49,156 bases of DNA from Acidimicrobiia bacterium (GTDB lineage Bacteria; Actinomycetota; Acidimicrobiia; Spongiisociales; ZC4RG35): positions 1-49,156 of the forward strand of contig JBKHXZ010000166.1 in assembly GCA_046565785.1 (NCBI GenBank), given 5' to 3'. Both the position numbers and the translations under genes were made by a program. Below, one piece after another: positions 35,635 through 44,577 of the stretch (positions are counted from its first letter, which is position 1; each line of letters begins with the position of its first letter). Under the pieces are notes generated by a model. It did no database searches, was not told the DNA's origin, and saw only the letters and a program-made list of their open reading frames with translations.

Positions 35635-37448
35635 CGGCCGAGGATGCGGGGTGCGAGCCGATTGGCCAGATCTGCCTGGACCTGCCGGACGATGCGAAAC
35701 GCCTGCTTCAGTGAACCCCGGTCGATCGGCCCCAGGCTGTCCGGGTCGATCAGGTTGCTCGGTGCCCGTCCAGCGGTCCATTCACTGACCTGGTTCTGCA
35801 GCCGGAGGTCCCCCAAGAACTCGAACGCCTCCTCCAGGGCATCGGCGTGGTCGGGGGAGAGAGCGCCGGCGGTGGCGGCAGCACGCAGCCGCGCTGGAGT
35901 CTCCAGCTCGAACCTGCCGGCGCGCAGGGCGTGTACCCGCGCCAGTTCGGTGATCGGAAGGATCCCGCCCGTTTTGAGGTCCAGGACGCCCTCTCGTCCA
36001 TTCACGTCGTGAGGCGCCAGGCCGCCGAGCCACCCCAACGGGGGGCGGGCCTCGAGCGCCAACCGTTCCAGTCGCTGCAGGAACCCGGGTTGGTTGCCGG
36101 CCTCCTCGGCGGCGATGGCGAACAACCTGTCGACGGCGAGGTCGCCGGTGACGTGCCGCACATCGAATGCGACCCCGGTCAGGAAAGCCGCCACCCGGTC
36201 TGGCTTTGTCATCCAGTCACGCATGCGTCGTTCCCACCACGACTCGGTCCCACGCCAGCCTTCCTCGCTGGCCATCACTTTCGACTGGCACCTCGGAATT
36301 CCCGCCGACTCGAGTCCGGTCGCCACGAACCTGGCAAGCCGAAGGAAGTACCCGTCGTGGTCTTCGGCAGAGTCGGCGTAAACCAGGGCGTGGTCCTGGT
36401 CGGTCACCAACCCCTGCTCTCTCCGGCCGGCCGAACCGAGCGCTAGCCAGGCGAAGGGAGCGGGGGCCACACCCAGAGCCTCCTGACCGAGTTCGAGCAG
36501 TCGGATGGTGAGAGCGTCGATCAGGACCGACACCACCTTCCCAGCATGCCCGGCGTCGACCCCGCCCTGGACGAGGGCGGCCACCGCCTCCGGAATCGTT
36601 CGACCCGCAGTCGCCACCTGCTCGACGTCGTTCGCCTGCTGGATCTGCGAGCGCAGTCGGGACGAGTCACGACGTTCGAGCCCGAGCAGGTCCAGATCGC
36701 TGAGCATGGCGACCACCATTCCGTGGCTGTCGACCACCGGCAGGTGGTGGACGCCCGATTCGAGCATCGTGAGTAATGCTTCGGAGACGAGCGAGGAACG
36801 GGTGATGGTGATTGCATCCGGCGTCGAGACCTGCGCGATCGGCGCCGAGACATCGGTTCGCGCGGCTACGACCCGGGTGCGGAAGTCACGGTCGGTGACG
36901 ATGCCCGGCCGGTCGGCGAATCGGACCACCGCGGCGGACGCAGATGCGGCCGTCATCCGGCGGGCGACCGATTCGATGGCCTCGTCAGGGTCGGCGAACA
37001 CCAACGGTCCCCGCGCGACGTCCTCGACGAGCGGTTGGGAGGAAGCCCGGTGAGCGGGCATCCGGCGCGAACGCAGCGTCTCGACCAGAAACCGGATACC
37101 GGTTGGGGCTCCGAGAACGTGAACTGCCACCGAACGGTCGAACAGATAACACAAAGCGTCCTCGGTGATCCGGACTGTGTACTCCGGTGAAGCTCCGGAC
37201 AGCAGGGAGGGGAACCCGAAGGCTTCACCTTCTTCCAGGCGATCGACGATTGTGTCCCCGTCGACCAACTCCGCACGTCCGCGGCGCAGGAGGTACAGGA
37301 ATTTGGAAGCCCGACCGCCCTGTTCGAGAACCACTGTCCCGGTGGGGAAGAAGTCGACGATCACCGACGAGGCGAGTCCGGCGAGGACGTGGTCGGGAAG
37401 GCCCCGGAATGGAGCGTGCGCAGCCAGGAAGCGCTCTACTTCCAGCAC
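35631..37448 (-). CDS. cNMP-binding / tandem-CBS / DUF294 nucleotidyltransferase signal-transduction protein
   Basis: 605 aa. It has an N-terminal cyclic-nucleotide-binding fold ('GEAFGFPSLL') and two CBS modules ('IVTDRDF', 'HHLPVVDSHGMVVAMLSDLDLL'). The Pol-beta-type NTase motif is 'LGSAGRREQGLVTDQDHALVY', followed by a helical DUF294_C-like tail. Confidence 0.85.
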   Translation of the reverse strand: MLEVERFLAAHAPFRGLPDHVLAGLASSVIVDFFPTGTVVLEQGGRASKFLYLLRRGRAELVDGDTIVDRLEEGEAFGFPSLLSGASPEYTVRITEDALCYLFDRSVAVHVLGAPTGIRFLVETLRSRRMPAHRASSQPLVEDVARGPLVFADPDEAIESVARRMTAASASAAVVRFADRPGIVTDRDFRTRVVAARTDVSAPIAQVSTPDAITITRSSLVSEALLTMLESGVHHLPVVDSHGMVVAMLSDLDLLGLERRDSSRLRSQIQQANDVEQVATAGRTIPEAVAALVQGGVDAGHAGKVVSVLIDALTIRLLELGQEALGVAPAPFAWLALGSAGRREQGLVTDQDHALVYADSAEDHDGYFLRLARFVATGLESAGIPRCQSKVMASEEGWRGTESWWERRMRDWMTKPDRVAAFLTGVAFDVRHVTGDLAVDRLFAIAAEEAGNQPGFLQRLERLALEARPPLGWLGGLAPHDVNGREGVLDLKTGGILPITELARVHALRAGRFELETPARLRAAATAGALSPDHADALEEAFEFLGDLRLQNQVSEWTAGRAPSNLIDPDSLGPIDRGSLKQAFRIVRQVQADLANRLAPRILGR

Positions 37449-37473
37449 GTCGGCCAGGGTATCGGCCGCGCCG

Positions 37474-38187
37474 CTACGCGTCGGTGGGTGTGTCGAGGAA
37501 CGACCGAATCCAGGAGGCCACGAGCGGGCGGTCGGGCTGGCTGCTCAGCGTGCCCAACGCCGCGTCCACCACATCGTGATCGATTACCTTCCCCCGGCGC
37601 CGTTCCATCTGTGCCCGGGCGAACGCAGGGATGAACTCGGGATGGCCCTGTATTCCGAGCACGTGATCGCCGTAGGCGAGCACGGAGATGGGACAGTGTT
37701 CGCTGGAGGCGAGGATGCGGATGCCTTCCGGCGGCTCCACGATCTGGTCGGCGTGGCTGTGCACCAGGCGGAACCGGTCGGCGGGCGGATCCATCCAGGG
37801 GGCGTGTTCGTGAACCTCGACCTCACGCACCCCGATAGCCCATCCCTGCGGCGCCCGCTCCACCTTTCCGCCCAGCGCCTGGCCGATCATCTGGTGGCCG
37901 AAGCAGATACCCACCAGCTTTCGCCGTTCCGCCACGAGATCTCGGACCAGGCGCTCGAGCTGGCGGATCCACGGCACGTCGTCGTAGACCGAATGGACCG
38001 AACCGGTGATGATCCATCCGTCGCATTCTTCGCCGGACTCCGGGAAGTGGCCCTGTGTGAGATCGTATGGGACGAGTTCCAAGTCGGGGTGTGCGGCGAG
38101 CAGTTCGGCGAACATGTCGGGATAGTCGCCGGCCAGGCCGGCCAGTTCCTCAGGCGCGTGGTCACAGATCAGCAGCCCGACCCGCAT
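37474..38187 (-). CDS. Class I glutamine amidotransferase-like protein (candidate gamma-glutamyl-amide hydrolase)
   Basis: 237 aa with the nucleophile elbow 'LVGICFGHQMI' and 'GIQGHPEF' His. It starts 1 nt after the ALDH stop. Confidence 0.8.
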   Translation of the reverse strand: MRVGLLICDHAPEELAGLAGDYPDMFAELLAAHPDLELVPYDLTQGHFPESGEECDGWIITGSVHSVYDDVPWIRQLERLVRDLVAERRKLVGICFGHQMIGQALGGKVERAPQGWAIGVREVEVHEHAPWMDPPADRFRLVHSHADQIVEPPEGIRILASSEHCPISVLAYGDHVLGIQGHPEFIPAFARAQMERRRGKVIDHDVVDAALGTLSSQPDRPLVASWIRSFLDTPTDA

Positions 38188-38188
38188 G

Positions 38189-39628
38189 TCAGCGCTCGGC
38201 GATGAACACGGACTTGTACTCGGAATAGTGGTCGAGCGCCGCCATTCCCTGTTCCCGGCCGATGCCGGACTGCTTCACCCCGCCGAATGGGGCTTCGATG
38301 TGCACCGAGGACGACGAGTTGATCGACAGCATGCCGGTCTCGACCGCCCGCGCCACCCGCAGGGCCCGGCCGATGTCTCGCGTCCACACCGAGCCGGACA
38401 GCCCGTAGATGGAATCGTTGGCCATCCTGATCGCCTCATCCTCGTCTCCGAACGCGGCCACGGCGACCACCGGCCCGAAGATCTCTTCCTGCATGATCCG
38501 CATGTCGGTTCGCACCCCCGAGAACACCGCCGGGGTGAGGAACGAGCCGGGATGGGGTAGCCGTTCCCCTCCGCACACCAGCCGGGCGCCTTCCTGTTCG
38601 CCGATCTGAAGGTACTGCTCGACCGAGTCGCGATGAGAAGCGGTGATCAGTGGCCCCATCTCGGTGGCTTCGTCCCGGGTATCTCCCACCACCAGTGTTC
38701 GAGCACGATGGGTGAAGCGTTCCAGGAACTCGTCGTGGATCGACCGTTCCACCAGCACCCGGCTGCGGGCACAGCAGTCCTGGCCGGCGTTGTCGTACAC
38801 GGCGAAGATCGAAGATTCGACGCACACGTCGAGGTCGGCGTCGGCGAAGACGATCGAGGCCGACTTGCCACCCAGTTCGAGCGACACCCGTTTGATCCCT
38901 TCGGCCGCCTGACGCATCACTCCCGCACCCACCGTGGTGGAGCCGGTGAACGAGATCTTCCGCACCAGCGGGTGGGTCACCAGCATCTCGCCCAACTCCG
39001 ATCCCTTGCCCGGTACGACCCCTAGCACCCCAGCGGGAAGCCCGGCTTCGGTTGCTAGTTCTGCCAACGCCAGGGCAGTGAGCGGGGTGACTTCCGCCGG
39101 CTTCAAGACCACGGAATTGCCCATGGCCAGGGCCGGGGCGACCTTCCAGGAGGCGATCAGCATGGGGAAGTTCCATGGGGTGATCGCTACGCACACTCCC
39201 AGCGGTTCCCTGAAAGTGAGGAGGGTGCCGGCGGCCTGCGATGGGATCGTCTCGCCTCTCACCTTGTCGACGGCTCCGGCGTAGTAATCGAAAACGGTGG
39301 CCACCGCCCCGATCTCGCCGCGGGCGGTGGCGATCGGCTTGCCGGCGTTGGAGGATTCGAGTGACGCCAACCGCTCCTGATCCCGGCGTACCAGGTCGGC
39401 GATTCGACGGAGCACGTCTCGCCGCTCGCGTACCGGGGCCCGCCGCCACACGCCCGATTCGTAGGCGCGATGTCCGGTTCGGATGGCATGGTCGACCGCC
39501 GCCGGGCCTGAACGCGCCACCCGTGCCAGGTCCTGGCCGCTCGCCGGATCGGTGATGACCGTTTCGCCGTCTGCACGATCCGGCTGATGGCTGCCGTCGA
39601 TGAATGGTCCCAGCACCACAGCGCTCAT
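38189..39628 (-). CDS. NAD(P)-dependent aldehyde dehydrogenase
   Basis: From the ATG at 39628: 'VVLKPAEVTPLTAL', catalytic Glu 'ELGGKSA', catalytic Cys 'GQDCCARSR' and 'EEIFGPV'. ATGA overlap with the SDR stop. Confidence 0.9.
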   Translation of the reverse strand: MSAVVLGPFIDGSHQPDRADGETVITDPASGQDLARVARSGPAAVDHAIRTGHRAYESGVWRRAPVRERRDVLRRIADLVRRDQERLASLESSNAGKPIATARGEIGAVATVFDYYAGAVDKVRGETIPSQAAGTLLTFREPLGVCVAITPWNFPMLIASWKVAPALAMGNSVVLKPAEVTPLTALALAELATEAGLPAGVLGVVPGKGSELGEMLVTHPLVRKISFTGSTTVGAGVMRQAAEGIKRVSLELGGKSASIVFADADLDVCVESSIFAVYDNAGQDCCARSRVLVERSIHDEFLERFTHRARTLVVGDTRDEATEMGPLITASHRDSVEQYLQIGEQEGARLVCGGERLPHPGSFLTPAVFSGVRTDMRIMQEEIFGPVVAVAAFGDEDEAIRMANDSIYGLSGSVWTRDIGRALRVARAVETGMLSINSSSSVHIEAPFGGVKQSGIGREQGMAALDHYSEYKSVFIAER

Positions 39629-40398
39629 TCGGGAGTGACGTAGGCGGCGGTGATCCCGCCGTCGACCACGAAGTCTGCACCGGTCACGAACGACGATTCG
39701 TCCGAGGCCAGCCACAATGCCGCCCGTGCCATCTCCGCGGCCTCACCGAAGCGTCCCATCGGAATGTGAACGAGTCGGCGCTGACGCTTCTCTTCGGTGT
39801 CCAAGAACTTCATGAGCAGTTCGGTGTTGAGCGGTCCGGGACACAGCGAGTTGACCCGAATGTTCTCCCGGGCGTGGATGACGGCCAACTCCCTCGTCAT
39901 CGCCAGCACCGCACCCTTGGAAGCGGTGTAGGCGATCTGCGGTGTGGCCGCCCCGAGCAGGGCGACGAATGACGCGGTGTTGATGATCGACCCTCCTCCC
40001 GCCCTGCGCAGGGCGGGGATCCCGTGCTTGCATCCCAGGAACACGCCTTTGGCGTTGATCGAGAGGGTCAGATCCCAGATGTCTTCGGCGGTACCGACAG
40101 CGTCGTCGTCGGCGGAATGCATGATCCCGGCGTTGTTGAACATCACGTCGAGCTTGCCGAAGGAGTCTTCTGCTGCTTCCACCATGGCCCGGCAGTCGGC
40201 ATCCCGGGAGACGTCGGCTTGAACCGCTATTGCGTTGCCGCCGGCCGCCTGCACCGCCTCCACCGTGGAAACGGCCGTGTCGTGATCAACGTCGACCGCC
40301 ACCACCGACGCTCCTTCGGCGGCGAACAACAGGGAAGCCTCCCGTCCGATGCCCGAACCTGCCCCGGTGATGAGGGCCACCTTGCCTGCGAGTCTCAT
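39625..40398 (-). CDS. Short-chain dehydrogenase/reductase (SDR)
   Basis: 257 aa with 'GKVALITGAGSGIGRE' (TGxxxGxG), 'NNAGI' and 'YTASKGAV' (YxxxK). Confidence 0.9.
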   Translation of the reverse strand: MRLAGKVALITGAGSGIGREASLLFAAEGASVVAVDVDHDTAVSTVEAVQAAGGNAIAVQADVSRDADCRAMVEAAEDSFGKLDVMFNNAGIMHSADDDAVGTAEDIWDLTLSINAKGVFLGCKHGIPALRRAGGGSIINTASFVALLGAATPQIAYTASKGAVLAMTRELAVIHARENIRVNSLCPGPLNTELLMKFLDTEEKRQRRLVHIPMGRFGEAAEMARAALWLASDESSFVTGADFVVDGGITAAYVTPE

Positions 40399-40406
40399 TT
40401 CTCCCC

Positions 40407-41780
40407 TCAGATCCGCTCGAAGTATCGCCAGCGTTCCCAGTCGGTGACGGCGTTGTCGTAGGCGGTCGCCTCTTCTTCGAAGAAATGCAGGTAATGCTCC
40501 TTGACCGCCTCCCCGAACGCGTCGGTCACGAAGTCGCTGGCAGCGAAGGCGTCGATGGCTTCCCGCAGGGTGTGTGGGACTCGCGGCAGGTCGGCGGCCT
40601 GGTAGACGTCGCCGGAGAACATCGCCGGTGGTTCGATCTGGTTGGCGATTCCGTCCAGACCCGCCGCCATCGCCGCCGCATAGGCCAGGTAGGGGTTGGC
40701 GTCCGCGCCCGGCACCCGGCATTCGATCCGCAGGGACGGTCCGTGGCCCACCACCCGAAAGCCGGCCGTGCGGTTGTCGTAGCTCCAGGCGATGCGCACC
40801 GGCGCCCAAGACGCGTTCTGGAACCGCTTGTACGAGTTCACCGTCGGCGCGAAGAACACCATCAACTCGGTCAGATGCGCCATCCACCCGCCGAGAAACC
40901 AGCGGAACTCGTTCGAGGCGGCCACCTCCCCGAACATCTGGTCGCCGGCGAAGACGTTTCGTTCCCCATCCCACAGCGAGAGATGCAGGTGACACGACGA
41001 GCCTGCCTCCGAGGCGTGCGGTTTGGCCATGAACGTGATGCTCACTCCCTGCAGTTCGGCGATCTCTTTCATGGCGAGCTTCATGATCGTGTGCCGGTCC
41101 GCCATGGGGAGCAGCTCGGTGTAGCGGATGTTCATCTCGTGCTGGCCCCGACCCCATTCGCCTTTCGAGTTCTCCACGGGGATGCCAGAACGGGCCAGGT
41201 GCCGCCGGACGGCGCCGTTGAAGCCCTCCTCCCGGGTTCCCTGCAGCAGGTGATAGTCCTCGATGTACCACCCGGCCGGGGTGAGGTCGTGGTAGCGGCG
41301 TTCGGCCGCCTGGCGATAGCTGTCCTCGTAGAGGAAGTATTCGAGTTCCGACGCCCCCTTCGGGGAAAAGCCGAGTTGGGCTGCCCGGTCGAGTTGCCGG
41401 CGGAGAATCGAACGCGGGGCGACCTCCACCGGATGTTCAGCGTCACCGAGGTCGCACAAGACCAGCGCGGTGCGATCGAGCCAGTCGGCGACCCGCAGCG
41501 TCGACAGGTCGGGAACCATGTGGAAGTCGCCGTACCCCAACTCCCAGTTGGCGTAGCGGTACCCGGGAACCGGCTCCATCTCCATGTCGACGGTCAAGAG
41601 GTAGTTGCAGCCGTGCGTCCCGTGGTCGTGTACCTCCTCGAGGAAGAAGGCGGCGTCGAAGCGCTTGCCATGCACGCGCCCGTAGTGGTCGGTGAAGCCG
41701 ACCACTACGGTGTCGATCACCTCGGCGGCCACCAGGTCGCTCAACTCGGCGAGACTCAACATCCCTCTCGGGTTCCCCAT
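40407..41780 (-). CDS. Glutamine synthetase-family gamma-glutamyl-amine ligase (GlnA3/GlnA4/PuuA-like)
   Basis: 457 aa from the ATG at 41780, preceded by AAGGAGG. The GS type-I-like catalytic blocks are 'KGASELEYFL', 'NSKGEWGRGQHEMN', 'AKPHASEAGSSCHLHLSLW' and 'NSYKRF'. It lacks an obvious adenylylation-loop context. Confidence 0.9.
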   Translation of the reverse strand: MGNPRGMLSLAELSDLVAAEVIDTVVVGFTDHYGRVHGKRFDAAFFLEEVHDHGTHGCNYLLTVDMEMEPVPGYRYANWELGYGDFHMVPDLSTLRVADWLDRTALVLCDLGDAEHPVEVAPRSILRRQLDRAAQLGFSPKGASELEYFLYEDSYRQAAERRYHDLTPAGWYIEDYHLLQGTREEGFNGAVRRHLARSGIPVENSKGEWGRGQHEMNIRYTELLPMADRHTIMKLAMKEIAELQGVSITFMAKPHASEAGSSCHLHLSLWDGERNVFAGDQMFGEVAASNEFRWFLGGWMAHLTELMVFFAPTVNSYKRFQNASWAPVRIAWSYDNRTAGFRVVGHGPSLRIECRVPGADANPYLAYAAAMAAGLDGIANQIEPPAMFSGDVYQAADLPRVPHTLREAIDAFAASDFVTDAFGEAVKEHYLHFFEEEATAYDNAVTDWERWRYFERI

Positions 41781-41839
41781 GCATCCTCCTTGTTCCAGGG
41801 CCTCCCGGGTCTCCCCCGGGAGGCCCTGTTCGATCGTCC

Positions 41840-43342
41840 TCAGCGCAGTTCCTGCTCCGCCTCTCGGACGAGGGCGTGTTCTTCCTCCGGGGACTGGGCG
41901 ACCAGACGGTGCCGGCTGAATCCCCAGTAGTAGCCGAACATGATCAGCACGAAGATGCCGGTGCCGATGACTCCCGGACGGTTCTCGGCGATGGCGAGGG
42001 TGGCGACCAGTGTGATCAGCGAGATCACCGTCCCCACCACTGCGCCAGGAACGCCGAGCGGACTCTTGTAGGGCCGATCCAGGTCTGGGCGGGTCCACTT
42101 CAACTGGACGTAGGTGATCATCACCAGCGAGTACGAGATGACCGCTCCGAAGACCGCCATCGTCAGAAGCGATGCTCCGACGATGCCCTCGCCGAAGAAC
42201 TGGATCACGACGGCGACGCCGAACCCGACGACCGCCCCCAGGATGAGGGCCCGGTGTGGGGTCTTGCGGCTGGAAGTCACCGAGATGCCGCGGGGGATGT
42301 AGCCCGAGCGAGACGCAGCGAACAACACCCGACCGTAGGCGTAGATGATCGAATGGAACGAGGCGATCAGCCCGGTGAGAGCGATGAAGGTCAGCACCTG
42401 GGTGGCAAAGCCCGCGCCGAATACCGCCCGGAATCCTGCTTCCAGCGGTGCACCGGACAGACCGATCTCGAGGGCGCCGCCGGCCACACCGGTGTTGAGC
42501 ACCAGGGTCAGCACCGACAGGATCAGCAGGGTGACGATGCCCCAGATCAGTGCCTTGGGCATGTCCTTCACCACGTCGTGGGACTCTTCGGCTGCCAGGG
42601 GTAGTTGTTCGATCGCCAGGTAGAACCAGATGGCGAACGGGAGGGCGGCAAAGATTCCGAACCAACCCTTGGGGAGGAACTCGGAAGCTCCGGCCCGTGC
42701 GGTGTCTGCGGGGATGTTGGTGAGCAGCGCCGGATCGAAGGCCCCTGAGACGAGTGCTCCGATGTAGAACACCGCCAGGATCGCCATCGACGCCAGCGTC
42801 ACCACCAACGCCACCTTGAACGTGAGTTCAGTTCCCCACACGTTGATCCCCACGAAGATGCCGTAGAAGATCAGCCACCACACGATGTTGGCGCCTGCAT
42901 CCCCGAAGATCCCGGAGAGATCGAGCAGCGAGTTGGCGTATCCGGAGATGCCCACGACGATCACCGCCGGGGTGATCACGTACTCCACCATGTCGGTGAC
43001 GCTGTTGAAGTAGGCGAGACCCGGTCCGTAGGCGTTGCGGGTGAAGCCGTAGAAGCCACCCGCATGGGGGAGTGCGGTCGACATCTCGGCGATCGACAAC
43101 ACCATGCACACGAACATGATCGCGATGAACACGGTGGCGATCAGTAGCCCGCCGAAGCCGCCCGCATCCAGTCCGAAGTTCCAGCCGAAGAAGTCGCCCG
43201 AAATGACCGCTCCCACGCCGAGCGCCCACAACAGCACCCAGCCGGCGCTTCTCTGCAACTGACGTTGGTCCAGGTACGACTTGTCGACGTTCTCGTACGT
43301 CGCTCCCTTGACTCTGAGTTTCCCGTCACTGCCTTGAGTCAT
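41840..43342 (-). CDS. APC-superfamily amine permease, ethanolamine-permease-like
   Basis: The N-terminal block 'SYLDQRQLQRSAGWVLLWALGVGAVISGDFFGWNFGL' and 'SIAEMSTALPHAGGFYGF' resemble the ethanolamine permease (Eat) family, and there are ~12 TM segments. The ATG at 43342 has a GAGAGGA SD; a GTG at 43360 is an in-frame alternative. Confidence 0.85.
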   Translation of the reverse strand: MTQGSDGKLRVKGATYENVDKSYLDQRQLQRSAGWVLLWALGVGAVISGDFFGWNFGLDAGGFGGLLIATVFIAIMFVCMVLSIAEMSTALPHAGGFYGFTRNAYGPGLAYFNSVTDMVEYVITPAVIVVGISGYANSLLDLSGIFGDAGANIVWWLIFYGIFVGINVWGTELTFKVALVVTLASMAILAVFYIGALVSGAFDPALLTNIPADTARAGASEFLPKGWFGIFAALPFAIWFYLAIEQLPLAAEESHDVVKDMPKALIWGIVTLLILSVLTLVLNTGVAGGALEIGLSGAPLEAGFRAVFGAGFATQVLTFIALTGLIASFHSIIYAYGRVLFAASRSGYIPRGISVTSSRKTPHRALILGAVVGFGVAVVIQFFGEGIVGASLLTMAVFGAVISYSLVMITYVQLKWTRPDLDRPYKSPLGVPGAVVGTVISLITLVATLAIAENRPGVIGTGIFVLIMFGYYWGFSRHRLVAQSPEEEHALVREAEQELR

Positions 43343-43668
43343 GTTGTCCTCTCTTGTCACGATTGGTGGCGCGTGCGCGCCATGACGAGAGCGACGGGAT
43401 CACGGGGGATCGCGCGACGGGCGGCGGTCGGCGAGGTCGTGCAACCTCGTGCCCGCTGTTCCGTGGCGCATGGCTTCTCCTCCGCCTGGGGTGGTACGTG
43501 CGGTTGGAACGGGTCCATCGGGATCCCTCCGGCAGCCCACCCGCTCACCCATCCGAACGGCGGATGCGACTGTACGGCCCAGATCGCGGTCGCGTCGCCT
43601 TCGGGACCGGGAAATTTCCGGCGAATCCCATCACCCCCGCGGTGCGCCGGTACCGGTAGCTTGGCCTC

Positions 43669-44577
43669 GTGCGTCGCTATCGCGGATCGATCTCCGACAA
43701 TGCCCGCTGGGATGGCTTCGAATTCCGGGCGGACGACATCGTCATCTGTACTCCGGCGAAGTGTGGGACGACGTGGATGCAGACGATGGTGGCGACCCTG
43801 GTGTTTTCCTCGGTCGAGCTGCCCGCCCCCGTCGGCCACCTGTCACCTTGGCTCGACATGGTCACCCGGCCGGTGGACGAAGTCCACCAGAGGCTGGCCG
43901 TACAGACCCATCGCCGATTCATCAAGACCCACACCCCTTTCGACGGCCTGCCCTACGACGAGCAGGTGACCTACATCGCCGTGCTGCGTCATCCGCTCGA
44001 TGTGGCGTTGTCGATTCGGGATCACCGGCGGACCATCGACCGTGACCGCATTCGTGACCTGGTCGCCGGGGTGGATCCGGACATCATCACGACATGGGTG
44101 GACATCGACCAGCCCGAGGACGAGGCCCACTACCTGCGATGGTGGGTCGACTTCGACGAGGACGTGTGGAGCCAGGGGGTCTCCGGGTTGGGGGAGTTCG
44201 CCCGGCACGCCCGCACCTACTGGGAGGCACGGCACCTCCCCAACGTGACGCTCTTCCACTACGACGACCTGGTGGCCGATCTTCACGCGCAGATGACCCG
44301 CCTGGCAGATGTCCTCGGGGTCGAGGTCGATCCACCGCGGATGAGCGAGTTCGTGGAGGCGGCGAGGTTCGACGCGATGCGCTCTCGTGCGGCTCTCACC
44401 GTTCCGGACTCCGACATCACCGCGTGGAGGGTTCCGGAGACCTTTTTCAGTACCGGGGGCCGCCGGGCATGGGGGACGCTGCTCTCGGATGCGGACGTCG
44501 CCCGCTTCCGGGTTCGCCTGCGTGAGTTGGCTGGCAACGACCTCGCCGGCTGGTTGGACCGCGAATGCGAACCCTGA
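43669..44577 (+). CDS. PAPS-dependent sulfotransferase, cytosolic SULT (Sulfotransfer_1)-like
   Basis: 302 aa. The 5'-PSB loop 'TPAKCGTTWMQ', the catalytic-His context 'FIKTHTPF' and the 3'-PB motif 'LRHPLDVALS' parallel PKSGTTW / KTHLP / RNPKDVxVS of eukaryotic SULTs. GTG start. Confidence 0.8.
   Translation: MRRYRGSISDNARWDGFEFRADDIVICTPAKCGTTWMQTMVATLVFSSVELPAPVGHLSPWLDMVTRPVDEVHQRLAVQTHRRFIKTHTPFDGLPYDEQVTYIAVLRHPLDVALSIRDHRRTIDRDRIRDLVAGVDPDIITTWVDIDQPEDEAHYLRWWVDFDEDVWSQGVSGLGEFARHARTYWEARHLPNVTLFHYDDLVADLHAQMTRLADVLGVEVDPPRMSEFVEAARFDAMRSRAALTVPDSDITAWRVPETFFSTGGRRAWGTLLSDADVARFRVRLRELAGNDLAGWLDRECEP

Noticed and set aside
33740-35781. Idea that the HNH endonuclease plus DnaQ-like exonuclease mark a prophage remnant or defence island
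   Set aside because: There are no integrase, recombinase, capsid or terminase genes, no flanking tRNA and no direct repeats. The exonuclease is translationally coupled to the DUF294 gene, a conserved chromosomal pair. The HNH gene belongs to the common actinobacterial DUF222 type.
4689-41930. Many long ORFs antisense to confident genes: 4689..6083, 8868..10124, 10512..11909, 11992..13257, 14450..15925, 19319..20686, 21434..22588, 22615..23661, 24313..25515, 30709..32667, 40485..41930, 47309..48361
   Set aside because: These are mirror-frame ORFs expected in high-GC genomes. Their translations are dominated by R/P/G/H with no recognisable motifs. Each is fully covered by an opposite-strand gene with strong family signatures.
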